DNA of 63,859 nucleotides, counting the filler, from Octopus bimaculoides (taxonomy: Eukaryota): NCBI RefSeq assembly GCF_001194135.2. It is 6 parts of 6 records of this genome, joined end to end, with 100 filler letters (N's around TTAATTAATTAA, not from the genome) between each part and the next. Parts side by side here need not be neighbours in the genome. Positions count along the whole stretch, not along the records: positions 62,725 to 63,859 come from NW_026340633.1; 5 more parts are not named here. The stretch is one strand, 5' to 3'. The position numbers were made by a program, and so were the translations under genes. Below are positions 63,667-63,859 of this stretch, piece after piece (position 1 is the stretch's first letter; every line of letters begins with the position of its first letter). The notes beneath the pieces were generated by a model. That model saw only the letters and a list, made by a program, of their open reading frames with translations, searched no databases and was not told where the DNA came from.

Positions 63667-63859
63667 GGAACGAGAATGGGGCCCAATTACGCCAACCTCT
63701 TTGTTGGTTACATTGAGGCCCAAGTATTCTCCCAATTCTCCGGTCCAACCCCGGAACTATACGATCGCTACATAGATGACTGTATAGGAGCCACCTCCCT
63801 CTCCCGCATACAGCTCTGCCTTTTCATCTCCTTCCTCTCTAACTTCCACCCTGCTCTTG
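63667..63859 (+). mobile_element. Penelope-like (Neptune-type) reverse transcriptase core fragment, open to the window end
   Basis: GTRMGPNYANLFVGYIEAQVFSQFSGPTPELYDRYIDDCIGA...FHPAL; GTRMGP and YIDD motifs, no stops in 64 codons. Confidence 0.88.

Noticed and set aside
62785-63859. A single permuted PLE with endonuclease upstream of RT
   Set aside because: The two parts are separated by a hammerhead, poly(A) signal, inverted repeat, (TA)n and a 10-N gap, and differ strongly in GC content; better explained as two insertions.

Overview
Eukaryotic, AT-rich, microsatellite-saturated animal DNA. The SINE families and repeat landscape suggest a cephalopod, probably Octopus (inference, not checked by search). 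Five identical 100-bp spacers (44N-TTAATTAATTAA-44N) split the window into six assembly segments, so adjacency across them is unproven. The only well-supported coding feature is one giant minus-strand exon of about 13.3 kb (acceptor at 13452, ATG at 13341, CAG|GTAAGT donor at 123/122). It encodes about 4,400 aa of acidic, low-complexity protein with three tandem-repeat families and several recurring short motifs; the gene continues off the left edge and I cannot name it. The remaining ~50 kb is intron/intergenic-type sequence: microsatellites, at least four SINE-like families, decayed LINEs (R4/Dong-like, RTE, CR1/L2-like), several Penelope-like element (PLE) fragments, and a mariner-type MITE. 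The most unusual non-genic object is an ~855-bp unit at 62731-63585: a PLE-type GIY-YIG endonuclease ORF, a complete type I hammerhead ribozyme fold and an AATAAA, bounded by 48-bp inverted repeats next to (TA)n. Nearly all other ORF-track entries are microsatellite translations, gap-spanning artefacts or antisense shadows.
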